Assembly (NCBI RefSeq): GCF_009914755.1
Contig: NC_060932.1
DNA: 64,000 bases
Reading direction: 5' to 3' (one strand)
From: the human T2T-CHM13v2.0 reference genome, Homo sapiens
Part shown: positions 1-14,169 of the stretch, one piece after another
How positions within the stretch are numbered: position 1 is the first letter of the stretch
How the letters are laid out: each line of letters starts with the position of its first letter
Notes under the pieces: model-generated
The model's database searches: none
Seen by the model: only the letters and a program-made list of their open reading frames with translations
What the model was told of the DNA's origin: nothing
Program-made: the position numbers and the translations under genes

Positions 1-1
1 A

Positions 2-321
<320 letters not shown>

Positions 322-531
322 ACCTCTAACCTTTAATTTCTTAGCAACAGGAGCAATAGTAAAGGTTTTCGTATGTAGCTCACCAAGCACATGCACATCC
401 GTTACCTGATTCAAGCCTAACAACAGTCCCATGAGTTTAGAGTTACTGTCATCCCCCTTCAGTGAGTACCTACTATGTATGGAGTACCAGGACATAAGCC
501 CAGTGGTATGAAGAAGCATAACCATGCTACC

Positions 532-2470
532 CATTCATTCATCCATTCAACAGGTATTTATTTATTGAGCACCTGATAAATTCCAAATACTGTTCTGGGT
601 TCCAGGAATTGAACAATGAACATGAGGGCAATCTCTGCCCTCATGGAGTTTTAAGACTAGTGGAGAAGGCAGAAAAACAGATATGAAAATATATTTACAG
701 TATAATGCAAAGGAAAAATACATGTTATTGAAAATAGTAAAGTAGGAGGGAAATGAGGGTTATTGCTCTATCTAGGGTGCTCATATTTGAGCAGAGCCCA
801 GGATGATGTGTGCAGGAAGGAAAGCCAAGCACATGCCTGGATGGCAGGGGGAGGCAGCGGGAGAGTGGTGCACCGGCACAGGCAGGTGTGTACGAAGCTC
901 CCCTAAAGAACAGCCAAGACAGGGATGGCCAGAGTTCAGCCTGATGGAGGGAAAGAGTTGTCAGGCTGCAGCCCTGTTCAATAGCCCACAAGATGACTCT
1001 GTGAAAACTTGAAAAAGATATTGCTTCCCCTAAACACCTTATTTCAACTGCCAGAAAATTGCCTGGCGTTGTGCCCCTGCCATTGTGCACAGCTAAAGAA
1101 GAGAAATTCAAGAAAGAACCCAGGCATAGTCCAGAAGAGAAGGATCCAGTGAATGAAACCGGGACAGAATGGGCAGGGTGGGAACCAGGGGAGTGTAGTA
1201 TCCTACAAGCCAAGTGAAGGATGCCTCAAGAAGGAAGGAGATGGGTGGGATGCTACTCATCAGTTGAGATAAAAACTCAGAGATTTCCAATAGATGGTCA
1301 TTGCAGACCTGGAGTTTAGGTGGAGTAGTGAGGACCCAAATCTGATGGAATGGATTAAAGAGAGAACAAAAAGTGAGGAAATTGAGGCAGCTACCAGAGA
1401 CAACTCCCATAGTTTAGAATAATATTAGAAATAAAGGGGGAAAATGGGGCTGAGCAGGATGTGAGGTTAAAGATAAGTGGTACTGCAGAGTGTTTAAATT
1501 TCACTGGAATGACACAGTAGAGAGAGATAGGTGATGCAGAAGGAAGCAAGAAGAGCGGGAATAAAGTGCTGGAGTAGGCGAGAGCAGAAGGGATCCAGCA
1601 TGCAGGGGGAAAGCCAGCCCTAGGTAGGAACAAGGACTTCTCATTCAAGCAACAGAAGTAGAGATGCAGGAAGGATCGTAGATCTTGTAGTTGAAGCCTA
1701 CCAAAATTCTCTTTCAATTGCTTTCATTTTCTCAGTGACATAAGAAGCAAGTTTATGAGTGGAGCAGAGAGACCATTGCTGGTCTGAGGAAAGAGAAGAC
1801 AGGAGTGAAATCACTCTTTGGGAAAGTGGGGATGGATTGACAAGGTGAGTGAAGCCCCTCTGCCAGGAAGGGCTGAGTGCCTACTTCAAGTCCAAGGTCA
1901 GGAGTTTAAAGTGAGGCCAATTGACAAGGGTGTGTGCTCTTCACAAGCTATAGGGAGCTTCTTGGGTGAAGGAGGAGAATAGTCCAAGTTGGATTTAACC
2001 AGGATTGAAGCTTTGCCAATAAGTACAAAGAAAGATGAGATGAACAAGGGAGGTGAGTGGCATGCAAGAAAATGTATGCAAGCCAGTTCATGAAATCTCA
2101 GCTGGATAACGGGGAAAGAGATTGACAGAGAAAAGGAATAAGGTGGATTGGCAGTCTCAGAGGCCCCAAAGAATTGCTGGAGTTGGGATACCAAAGGGAA
2201 CAGGCTAGAATAGAAAGACAGGATGATCAGAGAGCACATGAAGTGAAGTGGAGACTTTGAGGTGGTGAGGGAATGGTTAATAAAAGTCTAGGGTATGGCC
2301 CTGGAATAAAAGACTGACATGGTCCAAGGATAAAATCCTTGCAACTGAGAGGCCAAGTGTTGGATGAATTATCTATGTGGATATTCAGAATACTGAAAAT
2401 AATGACATAAGTGGCAGTGGAAAGACTGAAATCCAGGTGCTAAAATTCTCAATAAATGAGGGACATGCGG
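532..2470 (-). mobile_element. L2 LINE fragments, highly diverged
   Basis: Reverse L2 3' terminus (CATTCATTCATCCATTCAAC...TTTATTGAGCACC...CTGCCCTCATGGAG) followed by purine-rich sequence typical of antisense L2; boundaries approximate. Confidence 0.6.
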
Positions 2471-3018
2471 AGGAGGAGCGTAGGTGACACAAAAGGAGGG
2501 TGTGGGATATGGCGGAGCCCGGTGGCATGTGCTTCCGATGCACTGCAATTCTTTACAGTGGGTGCAACAAAGGCCTGGAAACAGCAGGGAGAATCAGGGA
2601 TATCTCACCTGCCTCCAGGCTCTAGATGTGAAGACGGCAGGAGAGAAAAGAAAAGGAAGGAAGCACCACTTGAATGGGCTGCAAAAAGATGAAGAAAGTG
2701 TTCAGAAAACAATTTGAGACTAACAGGATTTTGCTGATGACCGTCTGGGAGCCCAGAAAGCTTAGTGCACAGGTTTGAGGACTGGGAAGAGTCAAAGCTT
2801 GAGTTAGAGAAGGGGCTGTAAAGGCAGCAAGAGAGGGAACAACATGGGTTGGCCTGAGATGCTGGGTCACTCACAGTGTCCAGGTGAATAGGCCATTCTT
2901 GGGTAGGGCACAATGGGAAATGAGACCTAGTGGGTGATTATTCCTAGATGCTGCCTCTTTAGGGACTGGCCTGGGAGTGCTGAGTGTTGAGAGAGAGGAA
3001 TTGAACGTCTTTCCAGAA

Positions 3019-3068
3019 GCACTAATGGACACCAAAGCGTTTTGCACTAATGGACACCAAAGCGTTTT
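3019..3068. repeat. Perfect 25-bp tandem duplication
   Basis: GCACTAATGGACACCAAAGCGTTTT at 3019-3043 and 3044-3068. Confidence 0.97.
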
Positions 3069-5054
3069 ACTTCTGATCTAACTTGTTCAGGTTCCCTTAT
3101 TCCTGATTTCTCTTTGCTGGCTGGGTCCTGATTTCCTGGCCCGATTAAGCCAGTGTGAGCTTCTGAGCATTCTGCTACTTGGATCAACATCCAAACCTGA
3201 GCTCATCTCTGCACTAGTGAACATGCCTCTGTAATTCCACCTACAATAAATAGGCTATGGAAGTAAATATTTGGGGACTGTTCTGGTTGCATTCTCTCTA
3301 ACCTGGCCCAACACTAAGGGCTTTTCATAACATGAGCAGTAAATAAAACTAACTGAGCTTTATTTTCAGTGAAAACACTCAGACACCCCTTCCTGGTAGA
3401 CAAACACATGGGAGAGAAAGCATGAAATGAGCGAATATAATGGCAGCCAGAGGCCATGGTATTAATTATCTTTTTATTCTCTTCTTGTAGAATATGACAA
3501 TCCCAGATCATGTCTTTTCACACCTCTCTGTCCTTAAACAAGCTATTCTTGCCCCTTGGGTGTGCTTCTTTCCTTTGTCTACATGTAGAATTCCTACTCA
3601 GTCTTCAAGACCCAGTTCAAATGCTATCTCACCTTCAAATTCCTAGATCAGCCTCTCACTTCTCTAGCCAAGCTGCTTCACTGTATTTCCTCGTTAGTTT
3701 GTTATAATTTGCCCCATTGGGTCCAACTCATCTTGCAACACTCCAGCTCCTTCCTGGGGCTAAGAGTCACCTCATCCTTCACCTCTTCCACTCATCACCA
3801 CTCTTTGCTCAATGGCTTATGTCTTCTTATCCTCCAGTTTTGCTTATAAATCATTTTTTCGAAGAGGCTGCCCTGACCCCTTTTTTAGGGGTAGGTCCTT
3901 CCTGTTATTTTTTCAGTGGACAAAAGGTCCACTGTTTGTGTCCTTCAGGCCCTGATCATAATTGACCACTGTTTCCGGCTCTCTCTTCCAGACAAACACA
4001 TAGTCCAGCTGCAGCCATCTCCCGCTTCCCTCCCCATCTTCTGCGAATGCTTCTCCATTAAATCTAGCAATAGACAGCATCTAGAAATGAAGACAATCAT
4101 TGCCATCCTATCTTATGTCACCCTAACTGCATTTTTTCTTAACATGGAACTGAGTTTTACCTGTTCTCTTTTCATCATCAACAAGCCCTGTGTTGCTGAA
4201 GATAACTTAGCATACAATGGAGACTGGGTGGGTGGAGGGAACCATGGCTTCCTACTTCAGCCAGAGCAGAGGCTGGAGAAGAAAGAGGTGCTTCTCCTCT
4301 CTCCCTCTCTGGGCCAGGACCACTGGTGCCAGCTCTGCTTGATCTGGGATCTCTTAAAGCCAAGATCTGAGATTTGTTTGGAGTCAGAGGACAGAGGAAG
4401 AGTTTCAATCAGAATTTAAATTCTCCCATTTGGAACTCTATGGAGAAACCAGAATGATCTTCTCAAAGGGAAAACCTGATCAGATCCCTCTCCTGCTTAT
4501 AAATCCCTTCAAAGACATCCAATGCTCATAGGATGAAATCTAAACCTCTTGACAGACCTGTGAAGCTCTGAATGGTTTGAGTCTTGATCATCTCTATGGC
4601 ATCGACATCAGCCTCCTGGGGTCTTTGAGGGCCCCATAATTAGCACCTTTTTTTCCCACTCAAGTTCTGACCAATGGAGAAATAGGACAAAGGGGTAAGC
4701 ATCTTTGTCAGTGATAAAGGCAGGTCAGAGGAATGTAGCTTGAATCTGTGCACTGGTGTACCTCGCACTCAGAACCTCAGAATTAGGATGCCCAGGGGAA
4801 GATAGTGCTGATCCAAGGCAGGCCACCCTCTTATGGGCAGAGCCCTCCCTGGAGGACCAAAGGGATCTCAAGCTCCCTCCCTGAGAAGAAAAAAAGGCAC
4901 TGAACTGCTTCTGTCCACTACAGACATCATTCCTACTACACTCCAAGGGAGGTGAGTCAGTAAGGGGTAGAAAGAGGCCAGGAATGCTCTAATGAAGTTA
5001 CCTCCACATGAGAGAAAACTCAGGAGAGGGGAATAAGGACCCACTCACACAGCC

Positions 5055-5460
5055 CTCCCTCACTTCTTCACTCTGGCCACATTATCTCCTCTCAGCTCCT
5101 CAAACTCACCTCCTTCCACCATAGGGCCACTGAACATAGTGTCCCTCTGCTGGAATGTGCTTCCCTCCCCTTGGGCCCAGTTAACTTCTCCTGATCCCTC
5201 AGCTCTCAGCTGCAACATCATGTTCTTTGGAAAGACTTTCCAGCCCCACTCCATTCCCACCCAAGACCAGTCTCTCATGTCTCTCTCATTCGTAGGACTC
5301 GTCACGGTTGAAATCTTATAAGGTGTATATGATTGATTGAATAATGTATATCCTCCCTACTAGCCCATAAGCTTCATGAGGGCACAGCCTGGCACAGTTC
5401 TTGACACATAGTAGGCATTTCATACTCACTGAATGGAATGCATGAATGAATGAATAAATA
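5055..5460 (+). mobile_element. L2 3' end
   Basis: Ends CTGGCACAG...GACACATAGTAGG...TGAATGAATGAATAAAT, the typical L2 3' tail. Confidence 0.75.
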
Positions 5461-5564
5461 TATTTTGGAGAGAATTAACAACATACATGTGCACACACAC
5501 ACACAAGCCAGAGATTCCACAGACAGAACTACACATTTCTGCATGCAAGAATGGGACCAGAGAG

Positions 5565-6003
5565 ACAGTTGCAGTCTTTCCCTGGGAAATAGCCTTGGAG
5601 GTGAATACTTGCCTACAGAAAGATTGTTGGGGAATGTTCTTAGGATCAACACCCCTGGGGAAGTGAAAGAAGCAGGACTCAGCATAGAGAGCAATTGAAA
5701 GTCATAAGAAAGGCCTTGGTGGAACCTATGCAAGCTCTAAAGCTGAACGGCCTTTCAGAGATTTTTTGAGCCAACTCAGGGGGCCTGGCCTTTGTAGCCC
5801 CACTGTACTGATGAGTCATTGGAAGTGGGCTTCCCTCGGGAAGGAGCTATGACCTTGAATGAGGTGTCTCTCTTATTCTGAGGACAATTCTCAGAGAAAG
5901 ATTCAGCTGAGAGTTGTCAACACCCCCAGCAGCTGGGGAATGAGTGCCTCAGCCCTTGGAGAGGAAGGGGGGATCTGGGTGGTAGACAATAGCATCCATT
6001 ACA
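5565..6003 (-). mobile_element. ERVL solo LTR, LTR16C-like
   Basis: Reverse complement begins TGTAATGGATGCT...CCCAGATCCCCC...CTGAGGCACTCATTCCCCAGCTGC, matching my recall of the LTR16C consensus. Confidence 0.8.
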
Positions 6004-6197
6004 AGCACCCATTTGTCACCTGCTTCCTGAGTCACACATGGGCATGGCCTCTGCTTAGAGATCTTATCATTAAATGTTAGGTCACTTATCCAAGATTTCC
6101 TTGAGCACCTTTTATATAGCAAGCACTGAGTTTTGTAATGTCTGAAAGAAAAATATAAATTTTCTAAGAGTGTCACTAAAAGGTTTAAGAAGGATAT

Positions 6198-6795
6198 TAA
6201 TAATAAGAGCTACCAGGTCAACACTTTTCATGTGCCAGGCACTATAGTAAGTACTTTGCAGGCTCATTGAATCCTTGCATCAGTCTGAGATTGATATTAC
6301 TATCCCCATGTCTTAGTCCATTTTGTGCTTCTGCAACAGAATACTACAGACTGGGTAACTTACAATGAACTTTATTGAATCATGCTTCTGGAGGCTGGAA
6401 AATCCAAGACCAAAGGGCCAGCATCTGGTGAAAGCCTTCTTGCTATGTCATACCATGGCAAAAGGTGGAAGGGCAAGAGAGAGAGAGAGTAAAATGGGGC
6501 TAAACTCCCCCTTTTATAAAAGAACCCACTCTAACAATAATGGCATTAATCCATTCACTCTACCTTCATGGCCTAATCACCTCTCATTAGGCCCTACCTC
6601 CCATCACTGTTGCACTGGAGAGTAAGTTTCCAACACATGTTTTTGGGGAGATACATTCAAACCATAGCACCCCATTTTATGAATGCAGAAAATTACGCTC
6701 AGAAAGGTTAGTGACTTGCCTGAGGCCATACAGCTCATGAGCAGCAAATCTCTGATTCCCAAGTCCTTGCCTTTAAACACTATCTTATGCTGCCC
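6198..6795 (-). mobile_element. MIR SINE, split by an MST LTR
   Basis: Reverse MIR core (GTGCCAGGCACT...TATCCCCA|TTTTAT...CTCAGAAAGGTTAGTGACTTGCC) resumes across the LTR. Confidence 0.75.
6309..6669 (-). mobile_element. MaLR solo LTR, MSTD-like
   Basis: TGTCTTAGTCC...CAAACCATAGCA termini; perfect 5-bp TSD CCCCA at 6304-6308 and 6670-6674. Confidence 0.88.
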
Positions 6796-6849
6796 ACATT
6801 TGAAGATAGCAACTTCCTGTCAGAATGCTTTGCATATACTTTTATGTCC

Positions 6850-7355
6850 ACTGGGAATGCATCCTGCTGTAAGTAACAGGCATTCCAACTTACAGTGGCT
6901 CAAATAAGTCAAGATTTAACTTTCTCATATTATGAAATATCTGGGGGTAGCCTGCCACTGGTGTTGGTTCAGTGGATGGATTATGTTATGTCTAGCATCT
7001 CTGCAAACGTCTTGGCCTTTACCACATGTTTATTGCCTCATGGTTGCAAAATGGCAGTTGACCCTGTAGATGCCACACCCATTTCAAGTCAAGAAGAATG
7101 GGAAAAAACTTACATTAGTGCTGGCCTTCCTTCTCTTTCCACCAAAAAAAAAAAAAAAAAAAAAAGAAAGATAAAAGCTTTCTAAGAAACCATATTACCT
7201 TCCTCTTACATCTCATTGGCAAGACTGTTCATATGATCACCTTCCTGCACAGGAAACCAGCAGACTAAGTATTTAGCTTTTTGAACCCCTATGGGGGTGG
7301 CAGGCAAGGGGTCTGGGTACGGGCACTAAATTGGCCAGTCAGTCACATCTACCAC
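6850..7355 (-). mobile_element. Old ERVL LTR, LTR33-like
   Basis: GTAAGTAACAG...TGCCTCATGGTTGCAAAATGGC...CTTACATCTCATTGGC...AGTATTTAGCTTTT motifs; carries an internal poly-A run. Confidence 0.6.
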
Positions 7356-8007
7356 AACCGCCTAGATGATCAGTCTGCCTTGTAGTCATTGTCTGTGCAT
7401 GTGTCTGTCTCCCTCACATATCAGGCAAAGGTAGAAATCCCTTCTTACTCATGTTTGCATCTCCAAAGTTCCTGGCACTTAGTAAGTGAGAGTTTAATAA
7501 GTAGATGTTCTACAGAATTAATGCTCCATTCCCCAGGTCCTGCTCCAATGCTGAACCTTAGGGAAGAAATTATAACATCTTCTGGATGGCACGCTACCCA
7601 GTCTGCAGCCCTGCTGGCCATGAAAAGAAGGCATATCTAGGATTGTCAACAATGTGTAGGATTCCAGACTCATATTCAGGCTTCAGAGCATCCTCCATAA
7701 ATCCTGGACAGAAGGTATGGACAGAAGGACAAAGGGTGTGAGAAATTAAAGGGGAGACTTAGAAATTTTAGTGCAGCCCAAGGGTCATTATTTAGCTTTG
7801 TTAATAGAAAGAACACAGGTATCTAAGTCAAGGGCCCTAATTTTAGTCCAATATTTTCTCATAAGTAAGTACAGCCTTAAGAAAGTTGCTTCACACACCT
7901 CTTTGCCCCAGTGTCCCCACCTGCAAAGTAATAACCATTCAACTATGAAGATAGTTTCTTAGAATTGGAATAAACATTCATCTCTCCTTCTAAGTTTTTA
8001 TTTGCCA

Positions 8008-8530
8008 TTTTTTACTTTTTAGTTTTTATGGGTATATAGTAGGTGTATATATGTATGGGGTATATGGATATTTTGATCAGAGTAAATGAGGTAATCCATC
8101 ACCTCAGGCAGTTAATCCTTTGTGTTACCAGCAATCCAATTATACTCTTTTAGTTATTTTTAAATGTACAATTATAAATTATTGGCTTTTGTAGTAGATT
8201 TCATATAGCTAGTAAAAAATACCTTTTATTATTGACTATAGTCACCCTGTGTGCTATCCAAACCTAGATATTATTTATTCTTTCTAACTATATTTTTTGT
8301 ACCCATTAACCATCCCCTCTTCCATCCCATCCCCACCCCACTGCCCTTCTCAGCCTCTGGTAGTCATCATTCTACCCTCTATCTCCATGAGTTCAATTGT
8401 TTTAATTTTTAGCTCCACAAATACAGGAGAACATATGAAATTTGTCTTCCTGTGCCTGGCTTATTTCACTTAACATCATGACCTCCAGTTCCATCCATGT
8501 TGTGGCAAATGACAGGACTTCTCTCCTTTT
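8008..8530 (-). mobile_element. L1MA-family 3' end (L1MA2-4-like)
   Basis: Reverse L1MA 3'UTR: TTTTATGGGTATATAGTAGGTGTATAT...CCTGGCTTATTTCACTTAACAT...CCATCCATGTTGTGGCAAATGACAGGA. Confidence 0.85.
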
Positions 8531-9404
8531 TAGCCATTACAAAATTGGGGCACAGAGGGGGAAAGTGACTGACACAGATTTTCTAGTTAGAATCACATGG
8601 AGTTGTCTAAATGAGCATTTACACAGATACAAGAAATATGATGGCAACCAACATAATCACAAACTCTGCCACACTTTTCTATTGGGTGGCTTGCTGCTGA
8701 CCTGAAAGGGGCTCAAAATACCTCCAGGCTGAGGTACCACTGGCATCCTCACTCAATCAGGCTCAAGGGTGACATTTTCTAGTATCCAACCAGCCAGGTT
8801 ATATTGAGCCACATGTGTCCTGAAAGAACCTTCTCATTCCTACATACATCAACAACAGCAGACAGGCCAGCCACGCTGGTGTCAAAGCTTGTCTGCAAGC
8901 AATCACTGAGCCTTTTAATTAGTCCTGGTGAAAGTCTGGGCTCTTTGCAGCTGCACTGCTTCCTGCACCCCTGAGGTCTCAATCAGTGGTGCCCAACTCC
9001 AACGTCACAGCAATTGAGAGAGCATCATCCACTGAGAAAACACAAGGGTCAAAAAGTACTCTGAATCCAACAATGCTTCTAAATAAATTTGTGTTTTACT
9101 CATTAAAACAAGCTCTACATATATTTTCAATCAGTCATTTTAAAATATGAATATTTATAATTCATTTAGTCGAGAGAGTTGATACTTGCTCTTAGGCTAG
9201 GAACCACTGGTCTAAAAATCAATGAACCAAGTCATCAGTAATGTGTCATCATTATTCATGTGTTTTCATACAGAGTCATGATGGAAATAATCTGGCTGGA
9301 AAAGAATAGATGAGAATCATGAGACCTGGTAAACATTCTCTGCCTATAACTATATAACATTTGGTGATTTGCATTATCTCTCAAAGCCTTTGTTTCCTTT
9401 TCTG

Positions 9405-9572
9405 CAGGATTCTCATCTCTAAGTGCACATGGGAATCACCTTGGTCCTACACCCAGATATTCTGGTTTATCTTGGTCCTACACCCAGATAATCGGTCTGA
9501 GTGTGGCCTGACATTGGGATTTTTTATGCTCCCCCAAATGGCTGCAGTATACACCCATATTGACAACCACTG
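9405..9572. mobile_element. hAT-Charlie MITE, MER5-like, with internal 20-bp direct repeat
   Basis: GAATCACCT core and ...ACAACCACTG terminus; CTTGGTCCTACACCCAGATA at 9440-9459 and 9471-9490. Confidence 0.6.
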
Positions 9573-10299
9573 TTATAAGGGACTAGATAAGGCACAACAA
9601 TTACTGATCCATCTTCTGCCATAGCCCTCCTCTCACACCCATTGTGAACATCACTATTGATAGCAGTGCCCAATCTGCTGAGCCCAGATAGATATTGTCT
9701 TGCTATCCTTCTCAACACAAGAACCCACCCAACAGCTACCAATAGTTTAACACTGGCACAAGGAATGAGATCATTTTGCCATTCCCAGACTAGATAACTC
9801 TTGGGATTCATCTCTAAAATTCTGAGTCTGAGATTTCCTCTAGTACTGAGAAGTGAGAAATGATAATGAATTTCACAGGTTAACTCGTGGAATATTTGAT
9901 GTGACTCAGAGCTATTTTTTTCCTGTTTCCTTGCTGATGCTCACACATTCTGCAGTGATAATGCTGATGAGTGATGAGTTAACGCACATAGAGATAACCA
10001 GTTTGTGCTTCTCCAGACACTTGGCCAAAACATTGTGTTCTATATTCTGGACATCAAGGTCTCAAACACTGTAATTAAATCTTTTTTAATTTTTTTGTTT
10101 TTTTTTTATTTCAATAGGTTTTTGGGGAACAGGTGGTGTTTGGTTACATGAATAAGCTCTTTGGTGGTAATTTGTGAGACTCTGGTGCACCCACCACCCT
10201 AGCAGTGTACATTATACCCAATTTATAGTCTTTTATACCTCCCCACCCCTGACCCTTTCCCCCAAGTCCCCAGAGTCCAATGTATCATTTTTATCCCTT

Positions 10300-13200
10300 T
10301 GCATCCTCATAGCTTAGCTCCCACTTGCAAGTAAGAACAGACAATGTTTGGTTTTATTTCTGAGTTACTTCACTTAGAATAATAGTTTCTAATTCCATCC
10401 AGGTTGCTGCGAATGCCATTATTTCATTCCTTTTTATGGCTGAGTAGTATTCCATTGTATATATATACCACATTTTCTTTATCCACTCATTGCTTGATGG
10501 GCATTAGGCTGGTTTCATATTTTTGCAGTTGCAAATTGTGTTGCTATAAACATGCATGTGCAAGTATCTTTTTCATATAATGGCTCCTTTTCCTCTGGGG
10601 AGATACCCAGAAGTGGGATCACTGGATCAAATAGTAGGTCTACTTTAGTGCTTTAAGGAATCTCCACACTGTTTTCCATGGTGGTTGTACTATTGTACTA
10701 GTTTACACTCCCACCAACAGTGTTAAAGTGTTCTCTTTTTGCTGCACCCACACCAACATCTATTATTTTTTTATTTTTTTAATATGGCCATTCTTGCAGG
10801 AGTTAGGTGTATCACAATATGGTTTTGATTTGCATTTCCCTGATAATTAGTGATGCTGAGCATTTTTTCATATGTTTGTTGGCCATTTGTATATCTTCTT
10901 TTGAGAATTGTTTATTCATGTCCTTTGCCCACTTTTTGAGGGGATTGTTTTTTTCTTGCTGATTTGTTTGGGTTATTTGTAGATTCTGGATAGTAGTCCT
11001 TTGTCAGATGTATCGATTGTGAAGATTTTCTCCCACTATGTGAGTTGTCTGTTTACTCTGCTGATTATCTCTTTTACTGTGCAGAAGCTTTTCAGTTTAA
11101 TTAAGTCCCATCTATTTATCTTTGTTTTTGTTGCAATTGCTTTTGGTTCTTGGTCATAAAATTTTTGCCTAAGCCAAAGTCTAGAAAGGTTTTTCTGATG
11201 TTATCTTCTAGAATTTTCATGGCTTCAGGTCTTAGATTTAAGTTTTTAATCCATCTTGAGTTGGTTTTTGTATAAGGTGAGAGATGAGGATCTGGTTTCA
11301 TTCTTTTACATGTGGCTTGCCAATTATCCCAGCATCATTTGTTGAATAGGGTGTCCTTTCCCTTCATGTTTTTGTTTGCTTTGTCGAAGATCAGTTGGCT
11401 GTAAGTATTTGGGTTTATTTCTGGGTTCTCTATTCTGTTCCATTAGTCTATGTGCCTATTTTTATACCAGTATCATGCTTTTTTGGTGACTATGGCCTTA
11501 TAGTATAGTTTGAAGTCAGGTAATGTGATGCCTCCAGATATGTTATTTTTGCTTACTCTTGCTTTGGCTATGTGGGCTCTTTTTTGGTTCCATATGAATT
11601 TTAGGGCGTTTTTTCTAGTTCTGTGAAGAATGATGGTGGTATTTTTATGGGAATTGTATTGAATTTGTAGATTGCTTTTGGCAGTATGGTTATTTTCACA
11701 ACACTGATTCTACCCATCCATGAGCACAGAATGTGTTTCCATTTGTTTGTGCCATCTATGATTTCTTTCAGCAGTGTTTTGTAGTTTTCCTTATAGAGGT
11801 TTTTCACGTCCTTGGTTAGGTATATTCCTAAGTTTTTTGTTTTGTTTTGTTGTAGCTATTGTGAAAGGGGATGAGTCCTTGATTTGATTCTCAGCTTGGT
11901 CACTGTTGGTATATAGCAGAGCTACTGATTTGTGTACATTAATTTCGTATCCTGAAACTTTGTTGAATTCACTTACCAGTTCAAGGAGCTTTTTGGATGA
12001 GTCTTTACAGTTTTCTAGGTATACAATCATATTATCAGCAAACCGCAGCAATTTGACTTCCTTTTTACAGATTTGGATGCTTTTTATTTCTTTCTCTCAT
12101 CTGATTGCTCTGCTAGGACTTCCAGTACCATGTTGAATAGAAGTGGTGAAAGTGGGCATCCTTTTCTTGTTCCAGTTCTCAAGGGAATGTTTTCAACTTT
12201 TCCCCATTCAGTATAATGTTGGCTGTGGGTCTGTCACAGATGTCTTTTATTACCTTAAGGTATGTCTCTTCTAAGCCAATTTTGCTGAAGGTTTTAATCA
12301 TAAACTGATGCTGGATTTTTGTCAAATGCTTTTTCTCCATCTCTTGAGATGATCATGTGATTTTTGTTTTTAATTCTGTTTATGTGGTATATCACATTTA
12401 TTGATTTATGTATGTTAAACCATTCCTGTATCCCTGGCATGAAACCCACTTGATCATGTTGGATTATCTTTTTGATATGCTGTTTGATTCAGTTCACTAG
12501 TATTTTGTTGAGCATTTTTGCATCTATGTCCATCAGGGATATTGCAGCTTTCTTTTTTTGTTGTGCCTTTCCCTGGTTTTGGTATTAAGGTGATACTGGC
12601 TTCATTGAATGATTTAGGGAGGCTTTCCTCTTTCTCCATCTTTTGGAATAGTGTCAGTAGGATTGGTACCAATTCTTTGAATGTCTGATAGAATTCAGCT
12701 GTGAATCTGTCTGGTCCTGGATTATTCTGTGTGTGTAATTGTTTTATTACCGTTTTAATCTCACCGCTTGTTATTGGTCTGTTCAGAGATTCTATATCTT
12801 TCTGGTTTAATCAAGGAGGGTTGTATATTTCCAGGAATTTATACATCTCCTCTAGGTTTTCTAGTTTATGCACATAAAGGTGGTCATAGTAGCCTTGAAT
12901 AATCTTTTGTGTTTCTGTGGTATCAGTTCTGATACCTCCAGTTTTGTTTCTAATTGAGCCTATTTGGATCTCTTCTTTTCTTGGTTAATCTCACTAATGA
13001 TCTGTCAATTTTATTTATCTTTTCAAAAAACCAGATTTTTGTTTCATTTATCTTTTGTATTGTATTTGTTTGTTTCAATTTCATTTCATTCTGCTCTGAT
13101 CTTTGTTATTTCTTTTTTTCTCCTGGGATTGGGTTTGGGTTGTTCTTGTTTCTCCAGTTACATCAGGTGTGACCCTAGACTGTCTATTTGTGCTCTTTCA

Positions 13201-14128
13201 GACTTTTTGATGTAGGCATTTAATGTTATGAACTGTCCTCTTAGCACTGCTTTTGCTGTATCCCAAAGGTTTTGGTAGGTTGTGTCACTATTATTATTCA
13301 GTTCAAATAATTTTTTAATTTCCATATTGATTTCATTGTTTACCCAATGATCATTCAGAAGCAGATTATTTAATTTCCATGTATTTGTATGGTTTTGAGG
13401 GTTCCTTTTGGAGTTGATTTCCAATTTTATTCCACTGTGTTCTGAAAGAGTACTTGATATAATTTTGATTTTCTTAAATTTACTGAGACTTGTTTTGTAG
13501 CCTATTCTATGGTCTATCTTGGAGAATGTTCCATGTGCTGATGAATGGAACGTATATTCTGCAGTTGTTGGGTAGAAGGTTCTGTAAATATCTGTTAAGT
13601 TCATTTGTTGTAGGATATAGTCTAGGTCCATTGTCTCTTTGTTGACTTTCTCTCTTGATGACCTGTCTAGTGCTGTCAGTGGAGTATTGAAGTCCCCCAC
13701 TATTATTGTGTTGCCATCTATCTTATTACTTAGGCCTAGTAGTAATTGTTTTATAAATTTGGAAGCTCCAGTGTTAGGTGCATATGGATTTAGAATTGTG
13801 ATATTTTCCTACTGGATTAGTCTTTTTATCATTATATAATGTCCCTCTTATCTTTTTTAACTGCTGTTGCTTTAAAATTTGTTTTGTCTGATATAAGAAC
13901 AGCTAATTCTGCTCACTTTTGGTGTCCATTTGCATGAAATATCTTTTTCCACCCCTTTACTTTAAGTTTATGTGAATCCTTATGTGATAGGTGAGTCTCA
14001 TGAAGACAGCAGAAATTTGGTTGGTGAATTCTTATCCATTCTCCCATTCTGTATCTTTTAGGTGGAGGATTTAGGCCATTTAAATTCAATGTTAGTATTG
14101 AGATCTGAGGTGTTATTCTCTTCATCAT
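10300..14128 (-). pseudogene. Disrupted L1 ORF2 (endonuclease / reverse transcriptase)
   Basis: Fragments ISILTLNLNGLN (endonuclease start), GDFNTPL...HGTFSKIDH (endonuclease), [17 protein letters not shown] and [10 protein letters not shown] (RT; FADD changed to FADN); multiple stops and frameshifts. Confidence 0.9.
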
Positions 14129-14169
14129 GCTATTTGTTGCCTGAATAGCCTGTGGGTTTTTTTTTTCAT

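Noticed and set aside
725-1717. Several 100-162 aa minus-strand ORFs
   Set aside because: They overlie decayed L2 or purine-biased sequence; Leu/Ser/Pro-rich with no domain or exon structure.
9440-9490. Direct repeats with a spacer (CRISPR-like look)
   Set aside because: Only two 20-bp copies inside a MER5-like element in primate DNA; a local duplication.
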